Source: Azolla caroliniana
Lineage: Eukaryota > Plantae > Polypodiophyta
Direction: 5' to 3'
Assembly: GCA_043228905.1 (NCBI GenBank)
Contig: JBHGNT010000007.1
Location: forward strand, 9,610,001-9,674,000
DNA: 64,000 nt
Below the pieces are notes generated by a model. It was not told where the DNA came from. It saw only the letters and a list, made by a program, of their open reading frames with translations, and did not search any database. Positions 25,701 to 40,019 of the stretch are shown here, one piece after another. Within the stretch, counting starts at the first letter, position 1, and each line of letters starts with the position of its first letter. A program made the translations under genes and the position numbers.

Positions 25701-28700
25701 CTGATGTATCCTTCTAAATCAGCAGAAAAGTCTATAAAACCAGTGTAGTCTGTTTCTGATAAAAAGGCAATCAATTTAGTTAGTGCACAATCAGTGATAG
25801 TTTCCCAATTGTATGGGGAAAATAAAAGAAAATGTCAAGTAGCTGTTTCTTACGTAAAACAGGGAAGAGACGCAGAAATACTCACAAGTTTTTCTTTGTT
25901 TCTCATATGCCTCTGAGCTTTCCTTATTTATGAAAATTCCTGATGTAGCCTTCTAAATCAGCAGAAAAGTCTCATTTCAACCTAATAGCTTTGAAAATAC
26001 TAGGCAGAAGATTTGAAGTGCATTTAATATGTGTTAATTTCAATCAGTTTCACAAACATTTTCTAGAATGCAGTCTAAATATGGACTTCTTGTTTTAATC
26101 GGACTTCTTTTCTCAACAACAGACATTGACGTAATGACTCTAAGCATTTGCTTGTAACAGCTTGCTCCGTATATACTCAAATAGTTAAAGTAGAATGACC
26201 ATTGAATGTGAAACATCTAATTTCAGTAGTAAATTAGAATGTAATATTAACTAATGAATTATACATCTCTAAATAGGAGGACCTGTGTGGGTATCTTGTC
26301 GTTCTTTGTTGCACTGTTACTTCAGCATGATGCATTTGGTGTGTATGCATTTATCTAGTGTTATTCATGTCATATTATGATTCTGGCTCAAAGGGAATTC
26401 AAGTTGTGATCCTTAAGTCTGCAATTTCTAATTTCTGATCTAATTGTAGTCTATATTGTGAACTGTCTATAGGTATATTAGTTCCCATTGTGAATGAATG
26501 CACATTTTATGAGATTGGATGAACAGCTTATTCATTAATATAGAGCAAAAGTTTCAAATAAAACGACAATTCATGCTCTTTGGTGGTTTTACATATTGTT
26601 TTGAAATGTTGTAAAACTTAATATCATCATATTTTGTATGAAAACCTTGTAGAGAAGAGGCTACTGAACGGCATAGAGCCATAGAAGATCGTTTGATGAG
26701 GCAAAAAGCTCAGATGCTACATGATGAAGCTGCAACATGGTCACTTATTTGGCATTTGTTTGGGAAAGGTAATCACCTTACTATTTGGGATGCCTTTTAC
26801 AGCCCTTACCTTGCTATTTATTTCTTTTCTAGTGCAAATGGAAATTTGGTAATGCATAATGAAACAACTGTTCCTTTTCAACATTTCAGCAGTATCATAG
26901 TAATTGGAATTTTCTTGTGCAGGGGCTTCTGAGATGGATTTGGAGGAAAATATTCTGGTATTTGATCATTCTATCAAGAATCAATATCTTCAAACAATGT
27001 TTTTACTGAAAGCATGTCGACAGATAATTTTTTTCTCATTTTGATATTTTGGTTAGTCCACATCTCAACATGAAGCTTGTGAGTTTATAGCAACTGATGA
27101 GACAGCACAACTTTGCTTTAGAGTACTCAAGTGGTTGGAAGGGTTGGCATCCAAAAACCTTGAGCTTGACAAGAAGGTGTTTTTTGCTTCATTAATATTG
27201 ATACGTTGCACTTTCTGTAGTAAAAAAAATAAATAGATTTTTATGTTGGATTTTGTGACCAGCACAAAGGTTGGTATGCTGGATCTTATCTACAGAAGCT
27301 TGGTGTTTGGCATCAGACTCAGCGTGCTATCAGAAAGATGGCTGGAAAAGCACTTTTAGTTCAGCACCTCGATCCTGATGCACCCACAAGGGAACAAGCT
27401 CGGCTTCAGGCAGAAGATCAGGTTGCTATTTGAGTGTCAACTTCTGTATGTGTGATGAAACTTCTCTTAAAATATAGGTGGAGATTTACATGCACAAGGA
27501 AACACCTCAGTCCATCTCCCATCTCTTCTTTTATGTTGATGAGTGCCATTGTGAAATTTGAATATGCAATCAAAATGGGAATCATAAAAGTATCGTTGTG
27601 ATTAATTGTGGTGGATGAAATTGTGCAATTGAAGTTTTGAAGATAAATATCAATGTAATCTTTGATGAAGCATATTAGATAGATGTCATGGTTGATAAAA
27701 TATGGTAACTAAGTATACGAACTGCCATTTCTTTCCTGTGTCATATTGAATAGCTGTACTTGATGCATTGAGCTTGCCTATTGCAAAATTCATCATCTTT
27801 GTATTTTTTCGTTAATTTTTTTCCTTTAACAAATTCTTCAGTGCTCCTCTTCATACCAGTCTCACTTTCTGAATCTTGTCAATTTATGGAATGCATTTCT
27901 AGAAACTAGAGGAAGAATTGCTTGAGGATATCTGGAAGCTACTACAAGCAGGAAGGCTTCAGGAGGCCAGGCAACTTTGTCGATCAGCTGGCCAGGTAAA
28001 ATTCTGGCTTCAGCTTTTCATTAGTTGCATATATAATTTAAAACTCTGAGATTGTTGAATGACAGTCATGGAGAGCTGCAACTTTGGGTGGGTGCAGTGA
28101 TTTAGGTTCTTCTCCATCACCAATGTCTTTAAGAAATCAAGGGAAAGACATGGAATTACAAGCAGTTGAACTAGAAAGTGGAATGGGTCATCAACGCCGA
28201 CTATGGAAATGGGCATGCTATTCAGCATCTGAGGTAACCTCTTCTTGTCAAGTATTTTTTCTTTTTCTTTTTTGCATTATGTAAATGCTTGATCCTAAGT
28301 AGCATTTGAGATATATGTGTATTATGTATCATGTGTTAATGTAGTCCGGAACAGTGATTACCCTATGTCTCTTGAGTTCTAGCAAGAAAAGTCCGAGGCA
28401 CCGTTGGTCCTCATACTCCATTACTTGAGTAGTGGGCCAAAGCCTTGTTTAAAGAGGCAATGCTATCTCCCTCTGATTTCATAAAAGACACTATAGTGAC
28501 AACCATAGTGTTCTTTGGATTCCACTCCTTGATGTCACAATTGCCAAATTCCTTCAGGTATTCGTGTATGCCCACCTCAATCTGTAACTGATGTGATGAA
28601 GTTTGCAGCTGCCCTATCACATTGCACAGCGCATTGGATAGATTTATGTCCATATAAGGTGGCCTGATGATGAATCCATCCTCCGATGTGTGTAAGAAGT

Positions 28701-31700
28701 GTGTCTTGTAGTGGGCCCATCTTCGTACCAAATGAGATTTTGGGGCTGATCCATGTTATCTTTTAAGAGGCCAAAATGGCCTGTAATACCAACCAAGTGA
28801 TTAAAATATTTGCAATGGGGTTTAGGGTAGGAGGTAATGAATGGACGTGATCACCCTCAGGTACTTCGATTATAGTCATATCTACTCCTTTATGTTTCTA
28901 ATTTTTGCATATACTTCAAAAGATGGAATATCATGAATCAGAATACCATAATTTCCTGAAGTCCTCTCCTAAATGTGCAAACTTTTTTAACAGCCATAAC
29001 AGCTGATAATATGTAGAGCCTGTTGACCCAATTTTAATTGACTTATCAAAAAACGGAATATCATACCCCAGGATACCTGTAATTTCATGATGTGCTCTCA
29101 TAAACATGCAAGCATTTCTGAACAGCCATAACAGCTGATGGTATGTACAACCTGTTGACATGGACTGAGGAGACAGTTGCTTCACAATTTTTTGAACTTG
29201 ATTTGCTAACACTGCGTCCTGTAAATTTACAAATATGGTGATGATATTTGAATGTACTAACACTCACAGTTTCTTACCTCTGTATCTAATATTTATGATA
29301 GTGTTCACATCTGATATATGAAAGTTTCATTTTTGGGCAGAAAATATCTGAAAATGCTGATGGAAGTAGATATGAAGCTGCTATATATGCTGCACAATGT
29401 GGGAATATAAGAAGAATGCTATCTGTTTGTAGGGATTGGGAGGTAAAGTGGAGGGAAAAGGCTTCTTATTTGATTAATGGAGCATGTATAATATGTTGCT
29501 AAAAATTCTCATACCTTTTGAAGTGAGGAAAGTAAGATTAAAGTTGGAGCATGTATAATATGTTGCTCGAAAAATCTCATATCTTGTGGAGAAAAAAGTA
29601 AGAATAAATGTCTGATTAGGGTCATAGTACAATCTAAAACTTCAGCAAAATAAATACAAAATTTCAGTCGATCCCGTAACATGAATTTGTTTATTATATC
29701 TTGTGGCTGTTAATTCTTTCTTTCAAAAATTTTGAAAGATAGATTATTACAGCCCACAGAATCTGAAAGATGTCGTCTTATCGAGTACAAAATGTGTATT
29801 GAGCTATTGGGGGCATCTCATACAAATCAAAACAATAATATGATTGTGCATTTTGGTGTTTTGCTCATTTTAATAATAGAGTAGTCACTTTATCTTGCAG
29901 TAATTCAGGCTAGTTGTAGGTATTTGATACAAAATAGCATTTTTAAGAGTAAGAGTCAACCTTTGTACCCTTTGTGCTGTTGACACTCATCGTCTACAGC
30001 TGCAAGGTTTAAATTTGGATTCCTTTAGGTAGGATCCTTTGTCAAGAGTGTCCATGTACATAGTTTAGTTTTCATTCACATTTGATTGTTGAACCAGCTG
30101 TGTGATTTAAATTTGGATTCGTATTAGTAGGCTCCTATGTCAAGAGTCTCCATGACCATAGTTTATTTTTCATTCACATTTGATTGTTTAACCAAATGTG
30201 CACATATGCGGGCATACAATCCTAAGTCATCCAATTCCAGACACATTTTTTCTGTCCTTTAGGCCTGTGAAAAATCCAGTTTAAAAAAGTTAATGCCGCT
30301 CAAAGTTTTAGTAGGTTACGAAAAACTCAACAAGTATATGCTATACAGAAGCCTACAGGGAAAAAATTTGGATCTTACATTCTGAAATCAAGAGCTTCCT
30401 CATCCCTGACACCGAACTGTCTTCAGAAACTACAAATCCTCAGTATCTTTTCAATTTCCTAAGAGAGTCTAGCATTTAACTGTGAGGCCACATTTAAATG
30501 CTTCAGGCTGTGTTTTGCTGTTTCTGAGGATAGATATGCTGGTTGATGTTTCAGTTTTACTGTTTCTTTTATTGCTTCTATTGGTTCTTGATCAGCTCTC
30601 CCCTTGGTATTATGTCCCTTCTTGTCATAGCTTGCTGCTTCGGCCCTGATTAGTTGCTTTGTGGTGGAATCTTGGAGATTGAACATCACATTTTATCTGT
30701 TATGGTTGAAAGATTTGTTTTCTAACCATGGAACTTACGTTTTTACAAGAAACGACGTATTTTGCAGTGTTCTTCTTCTAGGAATCTCTTTATGATTAAT
30801 AAAAATTCAGTGGCTATAACTTCAAAAAGTGGATACTCCACAAACAATTCAATGAATGGTGTGCAATCTGATGAGAGTGAAATATTTTTGTGTTTCCAGT
30901 CAGCATGTTGGGCTCTCGTTAAATCTTGGCTAGACGTGCAAGTGGACATGGAGCTTGCTCGAGTTCATCCTTCAAAAGCAGACCAATTGAAAAGTGATGG
31001 AGAGTTGCCGGAAATGAGCGAGTCTATTGTCGAATTCAATATTGGTTCCATGAGAGGACCTGATATGTGGCCTCAGCATGTTCTAGATCAACAACCTCGG
31101 GATCTTCCATCTTTGTTTCAGAAATTGGTGTCTGGGTAAGCTAAAAGCTGATCATGATTAAAATATAACATTATCAAACAATAGAATTGAAGTAGGTTAT
31201 TGCTGCACCTGTCTTCAAGTGAGTATATCGTTCTCTAGTTCTCTGAAATATTTGTAGTCACTAAAATTTTTAGTCATGTTTCGGATGATTTATTTATATA
31301 TTTCTGAGATCCATGCTCATTAATATGGATATCCTTCAGATGGTTATGTATTAATATTTAATTGATAAGTTCTCTATTTGATCCAGTATTACTGTACTTC
31401 TGTAATATGCAAACTAATCCTGAATGTTTTTTTTCATGTCAACAATGACCGAATTTTATTATATCGAATACACACTCTTCCTTTGGCTTATAATGTTTAT
31501 TGCGTTTTAACATAATTTTCTTTCATGTATGTGTGACCTGTAATGGAGATGTAGGTGTGCTGGTTGATTTTGGAGTTTTCTTATTGCTCAGTTCAGAATA
31601 CTTTGTCCTGAACTTAATGTTATAGAATGCATGTAATTTTATATTAGAATCATAATGTTATAGGTGCACTCAATGTCTCAATTTTAATTTTATTGTCATC

Positions 31701-34700
31701 CTTTATGGGTTTGAAGGTGTTTCCCTTATTGTTGTGACAATATAATGGGGCACTCTGTTTAAATATTGGTATAATGCAGGGATCTTGTGCATGAGAATAT
31801 TAGCAGGAGTTGCAAGGACCAGCAACGCCAAATTCAGGTCTCTTGTCTCGTTTTACTTTATGCTACTTTGTTTATGACAAGCTACAGCTAATAAAAAGCA
31901 GCATGCAAAAGACTAAAAGAAACTATGCAAACATTATATGTGGATTTCTTTTACTTTGCTAGTTTTGACAAAGGCATTTGGTTTTGAAATCTAGATCAGT
32001 ATTATTCTTGGGGAAGTTGGACATCTATTGGATCTTCTAAGATCTTGGATTGTTCCTCCTGAACACCAAAATGATCATTGGAGGTAGATCGAAACTTCTT
32101 TATAATCTACTAATTTTCTGATATAATACTAGCAAAGTTTCTAAGAAACTTGTTTCTTGTCCTTTGGAACAGGTCACATGGCCATCCACAGATGATTCGT
32201 TTTGGAGCTCATTTAATACTTGTGTTGCGGCATATCCTTGATGAGGATGTGAAACAACAGTTTAGAGAGAAGCTTTGGCTTGTAGGAGACCTAATATTGA
32301 ACACGTGAGTGTTTTGGAGATGAACTTAAAATTGGATTTTTTTTTCTTTTTTTTGAGAGAGAAGGAAGAAAGGAAGAAAGAAAGATATATTAACATCTTT
32401 TACGAGGCCAAAATGGCCTATAAGACCAAATAAGAGATTACATCTTAAGTGTTGTCTCGTCTTTGAGAACAAATCAAAATAAAATAAATATTACACAGTA
32501 AATATAAAAGTAAATAACATGAAAAGAAAAGAAATGAGGGAATCTGGTTTTTGGCACATGTGAGAACCTCAAGTTAGGTATATTGTAGCTTTTGTCTTCG
32601 AAAGATCTCTAGCATAGGTCGATCCAGAATGGAAATGTCTCCGAAGTGAGGGAAGCACTTACAGTGGCGGGAGATAATGGCTTTTATCTGTCAATGACAA
32701 GGGTGTCGAGGTCGTGGTCCATGGGGCCGAGGCCTACGTGCACGGCAAATTACCATTGCCCGATCAATTGTAACCCCTTTGTTATGTCCTGGTCTGGAGC
32801 CCATTTGTGTATCCCGTGATGGACTTATAGGAGTAGGAGTGATGGGGCTAAAGAAAGTTGTGATTGTTCTTTGTGGATGAGCTTGTGTGGCTGTATTCTT
32901 CAACAACTTTTCCCGATGTCTCTTGAGCTCTAACAAGAAAAGTCCTAGGCATCGTTGGTCCTCATATTCCATTACCTTGCGTAGTGGGCCAAAGCCTTGT
33001 TTAAAGAGGCAATGGTATCTCCCTCTGATTTCATACAAGACACTACAATGACAAACATAAGTGTTCTTCAGATTCCACTCCTTGACGACACAATTGGCAA
33101 ATTCTCTCTTCTAGAGGTAGTCGTGTATATTTGCCTACCTCAATCTGTAGCGGATGTGATGAAGTTCGCAGCTGCCCTATCACACTATGCAGCGCATAGG
33201 CTAGATGTATGTCCATATAAGGTGGCTTGATGACAAATCCATCCTCCGATGTATGTAAGAAGTGTCTTATAGTGGGCCATCTTTGTACCAAGTGGTATTT
33301 TGGGGCTGATCCATGTTATCTTGTTTTCCAAGTTAATAATATAAGTTCGGATCACTCTATTCTTTTCCACTTTGGTCATATTTAGATGGGGACAGTCCAA
33401 GCTATATTGGAATGGGGGTAGTGCATTTATACTCATGCCATGTGACGCGAACCAATGCTGCATTTCAACATACCAACAATGAGTGTCTCCATTTTCAGTC
33501 AGTTGTTTTGATGACATGAGTGCCAACCTTGGGTACTTTCGTTTAGGGAGCTCCCAAAGACGTTGGATAAATGTCATTGATTGGAACAACGCCTCGGTTA
33601 TTATAGGTGCTGCTCCCATCTTTGTCCGGATTATATCGTGGGGCACCGATGCTTTGCTCCTTATCATGCGAGCAATCATTGACACTAGAGAGAGAGAGAG
33701 AGAGAGAGAAAGAAAGATATATTAACTTCTTTTAAGAGGCCAAAATGGCCTATAAGACCAAATAAGAGATTACATCTTAAGTGTTGTCTTGTCTTTGAGA
33801 ACAAATCAAAATAAAATAAATATTACACAGTAAATATAAAAGTAAATAACATGAAAAGAAAAGAAATGAGGGAATTTGGTTTTTGGCACATGTGTGTGAG
33901 CGAGAGAGGTCTTATTATTTTCTTTGGAAGTCAAATAGGACCCATGAGACAAAGATATAATATTTTCACGTAATACATGTGAGCGACTAGTGACTTTGGA
34001 TGTTCAAGAACTTTGCTAATGAATGCCGCAATTGAGAGTGCACACTATGATTGTGAGAGAAAGCCGCAATTGAAAGTGCACACTATGATTGTGAGAGAAA
34101 GCCGCAATTGAAAGTGCACACTATGATTGTGAGAGAAATTCGTGCAAAGATTAGGTTTGGTCGAAGATATGTGGAAAGCATAGCTGAATGTTATCAAAGG
34201 TAGAGCAGAGGTCACTTATGACCCATGAGACCAAAGATTTAACATTTTCATGTAATACATGTGGAAGTGACTAACGATTCTTGATGTTCAAGAACATTAC
34301 TAATGAATGTGACAATTGAGAGTGCACACTAGGATTGTGAGACATTCATGCAAGGATTGGGTTAGGTTGAAGATATGTGGAATGCATAGCCGAATGTTAT
34401 AAAAAATAGAACATTGTATCAAAGTGTCTTAGACTCCCAAACTTGTTTAGGGAAAAGTGTGCAATTCATCACTTTTGCCCCAATGCCCCCATCTTACATC
34501 GTAGTGAGTGTGCGCTACGTCGCCTGGAAGCAATAGCTTGGATGATAGATAACAAGATGGGCTCTTAACATATATTGACATGTGCTGTTTCCTTGTTTGG
34601 CGAAGGATATGCGTTTGTAGTTTGGTGTTACATATGTAGTATAATGTGTGAATCATTAGCCTCCACATTTTCCTCATATCATGATACATTGGTGTTGAAA

Positions 34701-37700
34701 AAGGCCTCATTTTCACAAAGGAATCTATTGATGCATCATGAAGCAAGTATGTTAAATATTTTTCCATATCTTGTATCCAATTGGAACACAGAATTTTGCT
34801 TTTATGTGTCTTTTGGATCTTTTTGCTTGCTTCCCATGTGATTCTAGGAAGTCGATGTGAGGGATGTTCTTGACTCTTTTCATGGACAAGATCTCAATGG
34901 AAAGGATCCCATCTCAAGAAGTAGGATTGTATATGGTGTTTGTTTTTTGCCTCGGAGAAACTTTATAAGAAAATGCTTTTGGACATTTTCAAACTTTCTA
35001 GGTGGACTTAGGGATGTGACCACCCCGTACTTTCACCTTATAAAGTAAGGATGTCACCAAAGTGTTGAAAGGGTATTTCTTGAGGACCCACCACTTACAT
35101 ATGTGTTCTCAAATTCATAATATGCTCTCGTTCTCACCTTTAAGAAGCCGATAGCTCGTTCCTTCTATCTAAAGTATTTGAAGTCAAGGTATAAACCTTT
35201 TCATAGTTTCAAGTGGCTCATTATTGTACATAATATATGGTTTATCCTTAGTTTGGCTTTGCACATGCATAATCTTTGTTCTAGAGCTATTGACGCTCAA
35301 CTTAGAATGCATGTAAAACTCTTCCAATGCCCTCATAAGCTTTTATGCATCTCCTAAAAATATTTGCAAAATCCACCACATCATTTGCATACAACAAAAG
35401 CATGATGACTAACATCCTTTATGACAAATTCTTCAATGCCTTTTTCGTCTACAAACTCTGCAACCATTTGCTCTAAATCATCAATGGACCGACCAAATCG
35501 AGTTGGTTAGGGTGGGCATCCTTTCTTAACAGCGACATTTCATCACCAAGTTATTCAATGTGCCTTTGAAAATATGCACGAGGCACCATATCAACAACTT
35601 TCTTCAGTGCATGAAGCAACAATATAGACCCTTACCTCTCAAGAGACTTTCTTCCATTAATACTATTAAGGTTGACAAGGTGATCGATGATGCTATGGTG
35701 TTTTCAAGCTAGCCTGTCCATAAGCTGTCTTACCATTTTTTTATAGCCCATGCACTTCCCTTTGATTCTATTATATATCCAAATAGTTTTTCATTTAGAG
35801 AGCTGGCCATATCTGATAATTGTTTATTTTATTTACATTTCCACCTTTATGCAAAGTTTGTAGTCCAATCGTAGGGCTTGCCATGCTGGGTCTGAAGTGA
35901 GGGGAGCACCTTTGGTGTTGGGTGTAATGGAATGGATTTGTCTAGAGCAGGGGTGTTGGGGCTGTTTCTTTCCATTCTGAGGCTTTTAAAGTTGACTTCA
36001 AATTTTGTGGTCTTCGAATGGGCAGGACTTACAACCTTAGGAGTATTCACATGGTTAAAATTATTAATCTTCAATAGTCGTGCTACACATGACCAAAAGA
36101 AAAGGATTGTAAGCTGCCCGAAGTAACTCGGTTGCTTCGATATGAAGTTTATTTAAAAACTTTAGAGATAAGAGAGAATGCATTAAGATTAAACTCCAAT
36201 GAGCCTAAACTAGATGCAAGTGGAGAGGAGATGGTTAAGAAAAATTGTAGTGTTTTAAAGTTTTAAGGGTATTAGGGTTATAGGGTTTGAGGAGAGTAAA
36301 AAGATTTGGGATTAGATTGTAGGGTTAAGATTTGGGATTTAGGGTTAACGATAGTTGGAATTAGTGTCCAATCACTAGGCCATAAAAGGAATTGAAAAAG
36401 ATAATCTAATGAGAATGAGAATGAGAATGAGAATGGAGAAAAAACAAATTAATACAACCAAGGATAGAAAGTTTGAAACTAATTAATTAAACAAACAAGT
36501 GAACTAATGAAACTAAAAGATCAAGAGATGGAAGACAAGTAGCCAAAAATGCTAGTAACTTTATAAGGGCAAATGCATTTTCCCTCATAGAGAGGCTCCA
36601 CAATGCCAAGAAATTATGGCTGTATTTGCAGCTGGCAGATCAGTGTGTATTCTGTTAAGAATTTAGAATAGCTTTTGGATGTGTGCAGGTATGCCATTTT
36701 TCTTTTTACACAGAGAAGAGAAGAGCTTGTGGGCATCTATGCATCTCAACTAGCTCCATACTTGTGTGAAGAGCTGTATTTGCACATGATGGAGCTGAGA
36801 CAAAATGAGAGGTGATACATTTTACATTAATTTATTTTTCTTCCACTCATGATACTGAACGTTCTGATATTTATTTTAACATTTAGAACTTTTATTGTTT
36901 ATATAGCGAACTTGTCAAATATAAGATTTTTCGATCAGCTTTGGAGAATCTTCCATTTGAAGGGGACCCATTGAAAGGATGTGTTTCAAGCATTCTTGAT
37001 CGGTGACTTTTTCAATCTCATGGGGACTCATTTATTGCGCCCTACTTAGTGATTTATTTACTGCGTAAACATACTTGTACAGGGTTTTAAGTAGATCCAG
37101 GGAACCAGCAAAAGTCCAACTCAAAGGTGAAGAGGTTGAAGAACGTCTAGAGCATGAAAGATTGCAAAAGGCGATTGCTGCTCAATGGCTTTGTTTTAGT
37201 CCTCCTCCGAGCTTGGAAAGTGCAGAGCTACTACGTGTGGAGCTGCTTGCAAGGGCTGTTCAACATAGGTTTCATACCAAATATTGATTGCACTAATTTA
37301 TATAGTGGCTGATTGAAACTGTATAATAGTGACGTGATGTTCAATGTCTGTTTATGTATTTTCCAGCAACATTCTTCTTTGTGAGTTTGCACTTACTTCA
37401 CTTCAAAGAAATATCAGGATGCCTGTTGCTGCACACATGCTATTGGGATATCTGGTTGAGCCATTGAAACAATCTGTTGAATACTCTTTATATCCTCAGC
37501 ATATTCTGAAGGAGAATATTGATGAGATTCAGGAATGGGTAATACTTCTTATTGATGATATTTATTTCAATATGAAAAATTCTTTCTGCAAAAAGGGGGT
37601 CATACATTCAAGATCAAAATCTTTATGTAATTTTTATTCTGTGAAGTCATATTTACAAGTTAGTTTTAATTTAGTAGAATAGCAATGCATTTTAAGATGT

Positions 37701-40019
37701 TTCCATGCTGTCTTTTGCTTCTTAGCGGGAATATTTTACCTGTGATGCACTGTACCGTAATTGGTTGAAAATTGAAGTCTCAAACACACAAATCACAGCT
37801 CTATCTATAGAAGAGAAAGAGATAGCCTCTGCTGCTGCCACAGAAGCTATTGGTGCAGCAACTTCATTTTTGCAGAGTATGATTTCTCTAGTCATGTCCC
37901 ATCAGTTCAATAATTCTTTATCAATGTCTTGGCTTATTGTATGCTTCATTTGAATTTGTAGGGAGAGGTTCCACATGGATGTCAGGTCAAGAATCATTGC
38001 CTGATTTTTATCCATCCCCTGCGTGGATTGAGCTGCATGCAGTTGGGGTACTTATTTCACCGTCTGGACAGTGTGTGGTGCCTGATGCAGCAATATGCAC
38101 AGCTTTAAAAACCTCTCTTTATTCTTGTGTGGATAAGGAAATTGGGATTCTCCGACAACTACAGGTATGGATTCTCCCGTGGTCCATTCTTTTCTCTTCT
38201 TTGGTTCCAATATAGATAATCAAATATCAAAATTTAATGCATAGCAGTAGTAAAGCATGCATAAAAGAGAGCCGGAAAACAATATCACAAAACACCAGGC
38301 TGACTGTCCTTCTGGAGTGTGCTACAAGGGTTGGATACATTAATTGGATCACATCTATAAGGTAAAGCATGACGGAAATCAATATGCATGAGTTGATGGA
38401 CAGATTATCATGAGAAAAGTGATGTAACGATGACAATATGTGTTTTTTGAGAGGGATATACTGTATGTTTCCATGCAAATATGTAGTTTGCAGTTGAACA
38501 TTGTATGTGCTCTCCTAGTTCCCTTGAACTAGCCATGCACATGTGTTGCATAGGTATTCACAACTTCATTGTGATAGTATTTTGAGTTGCTTGAACTTGC
38601 ACCTTTTCTAGTAGTGTGGAGCTCTAACTGCTACCTCGAACATCTCGGACCATAAATCTCTTTGCTAGTGCTCCATCCTAGTGTCATAGTGTGGGCATCT
38701 GAACTTAACTGCAACAGTATAGGAGTTAACCCAAGTTTGTGTATTACACACAATCAAGTTAGTATGCATAAGTTAACTTGGTTTACCTTAAAAGTACCTA
38801 TAGCATGTGAAGTTGAGGGAAAATCAACAGCACGGATCCCGCTGACAATTTTTAAGGTTTGATGATGAAAAAGGAACTCACTTTGGGTTGCCATTACAGA
38901 ATTTTCTTTTTCTTTTCTATGAAGTAAGTATTGTGTGATGCTGAAGCTTTTGGCTTTCAAAATGATGTTATGTAGGTCTATGAATTGGACTTCTGTATGA
39001 ATAAAGCTCTTGTTATTTCTTTAGGAAGGTTATAAGCAAAATAAGCTGTCGGCATAATTGATGCCCTACTTGTGTGCCTAGATCGGGACTGAAAAGATAA
39101 TTTCTGAAACACTATATGATACTATAATCAAACATGAACATTTTTTCACCACGACTCACGAGTCTGTAGAATCTGAAGTGCGAATTTGAATTGATTTTGT
39201 TTCAGGTTGAAATAGCGGAGTGTGGAAGTGCAAATGCTATCAATGTGCACTTACGATGTCTCTCTGTGAAGGGGGATGAAATTCGGAGCTCTTTAGATTC
39301 CAATGGTGGTCTGCTTGCAGCAGTTTTATCAACTTCAGTCAAAGGTGATTTGAATAAAAATAAAAAGTGCTTTACCTTCTTTAGCTCAATGAATTTATGA
39401 TTCGTGTTCTTGAAATTGATAGATTGTTGAGTCGGTGAATGTGTTTGAGGAAGAGTTGAAATGCTATTTTGTTCTTGATGGTGAATCAGGAGAACTAGAT
39501 CATTTTCGAGCAGCTTTGAGTATTTCACGATTGGATGCTTGGTTTGTTGATAAGGACGAAAAGTATCTACCTGCTGCTTGTATTAAACAAGGTCTATGCC
39601 GTCTTTGTTGCCTTCCAGAGCTTATACTACGGTGTATGCAGGTAGAAAATACACAAAATTAGGGTCACTTATGGCAAAAGTATACTTTTGACGAAAAATT
39701 GTTCACTTAATAAAAAGGATAACAAATATACTAAATTGATGGAGTTTTTATAGATGAGGGTTTCGCTACTAGAGTCAGATTGTCTGGTAAATGATGATGA
39801 TGATCTGGTTGAATACGTTGCATCATCTGAAAACAATATACACCAATTCTTCAGTCCGCAACAGTTGCAGGTGATAGATCAAACCCTTTTTTTCCTTGGC
39901 ATGTCTGAACTCCTTACAAATGTTTATACAAATAGTTTTGTTACTTGATGTAGGAATTCTTGCTCTTGGAACGAGAATACACATTGCAAATTATGGACAT
40001 GGCAGAAAGCGATAGCTAA
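22660..40019 (+). CDS. NUP107: Nuclear pore complex protein NUP107, 25 exons, ~1070 aa
   Basis: GT-AG exons with consistent phases: 22660-22742, 24052-24322, 24453-24528, 24986-25055, 26653-26768, 26923-26957, 27057-27176, 27263-27421, 27903-27995, 28066-28233, 29341-29442, 30900-31135, 31780-31837, 31995-32083, 32173-32304, 36689-36811, 36907-37002, 37083-37268, 37367-37538, 37726-37876, 37962-38164, 39206-39344, 39490-39641, 39754-39870, 39954-40019 (3213 nt). Motifs recognised from plant NUP107: EDRLMRQKAQ..EAATWSL, HLDPDAPTRE, LCRSAGQSWRAATL, RRLWKWA, WPQHVLDQQPRDL, MIRFGAH, CCLPELILRC, FSPQQLQEFLLLEREY. Confidence 0.93.
23683..23836. repeat. 78-bp tandem duplication in NUP107 intron 1
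   Basis: ATTAAGAATGCAATGGAG...GTAATGGCATGA at 23683 and 23761. Confidence 0.85.
25255..25972. repeat. 239-bp tandem triplication in NUP107 intron 4
   Basis: ACCAGTGTAGTCTGTTTCTG at 25261, 25500 and 25739; units nearly identical. Confidence 0.93.
28355..28795 (-). mobile_element. LINE fragment (RTE/RTEX-like) in a NUP107 intron
   Basis: HYKTHFLHTSEDGFII..IGQLQTSSHQLQIEVG, homologous to 11600-11750 and 33043-33291. Confidence 0.85.
32357..33893 (-). mobile_element. 5'-truncated LINE (~32357-33685) plus a second copy of its 3' end (~33686-33893) in NUP107 intron 15
   Basis: SKASVPHDIIR, IGQLRTSSH, ERICQLC..ESEEH. 3' end GGCCATTTTGGCC..GTTAATATATC followed by (TTTC/TC)n on the minus strand; 33709-33893 repeats 32377-32561. 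Confidence 0.9.
34025..34138. repeat. 38-bp x3 minisatellite inside a ~280-bp degenerate duplication (33938-34400)
   Basis: GCCGCAATTGA(G/A)AGTGCACACTATGATTGTGAGAGAAA at 34025, 34063 and 34101. Confidence 0.88.

Noticed and set aside
34440-36130. Nested gene or identifiable TE in NUP107 intron 15
   Set aside because: Only short ORFs and no motif I can identify with confidence; possibly old TE debris.
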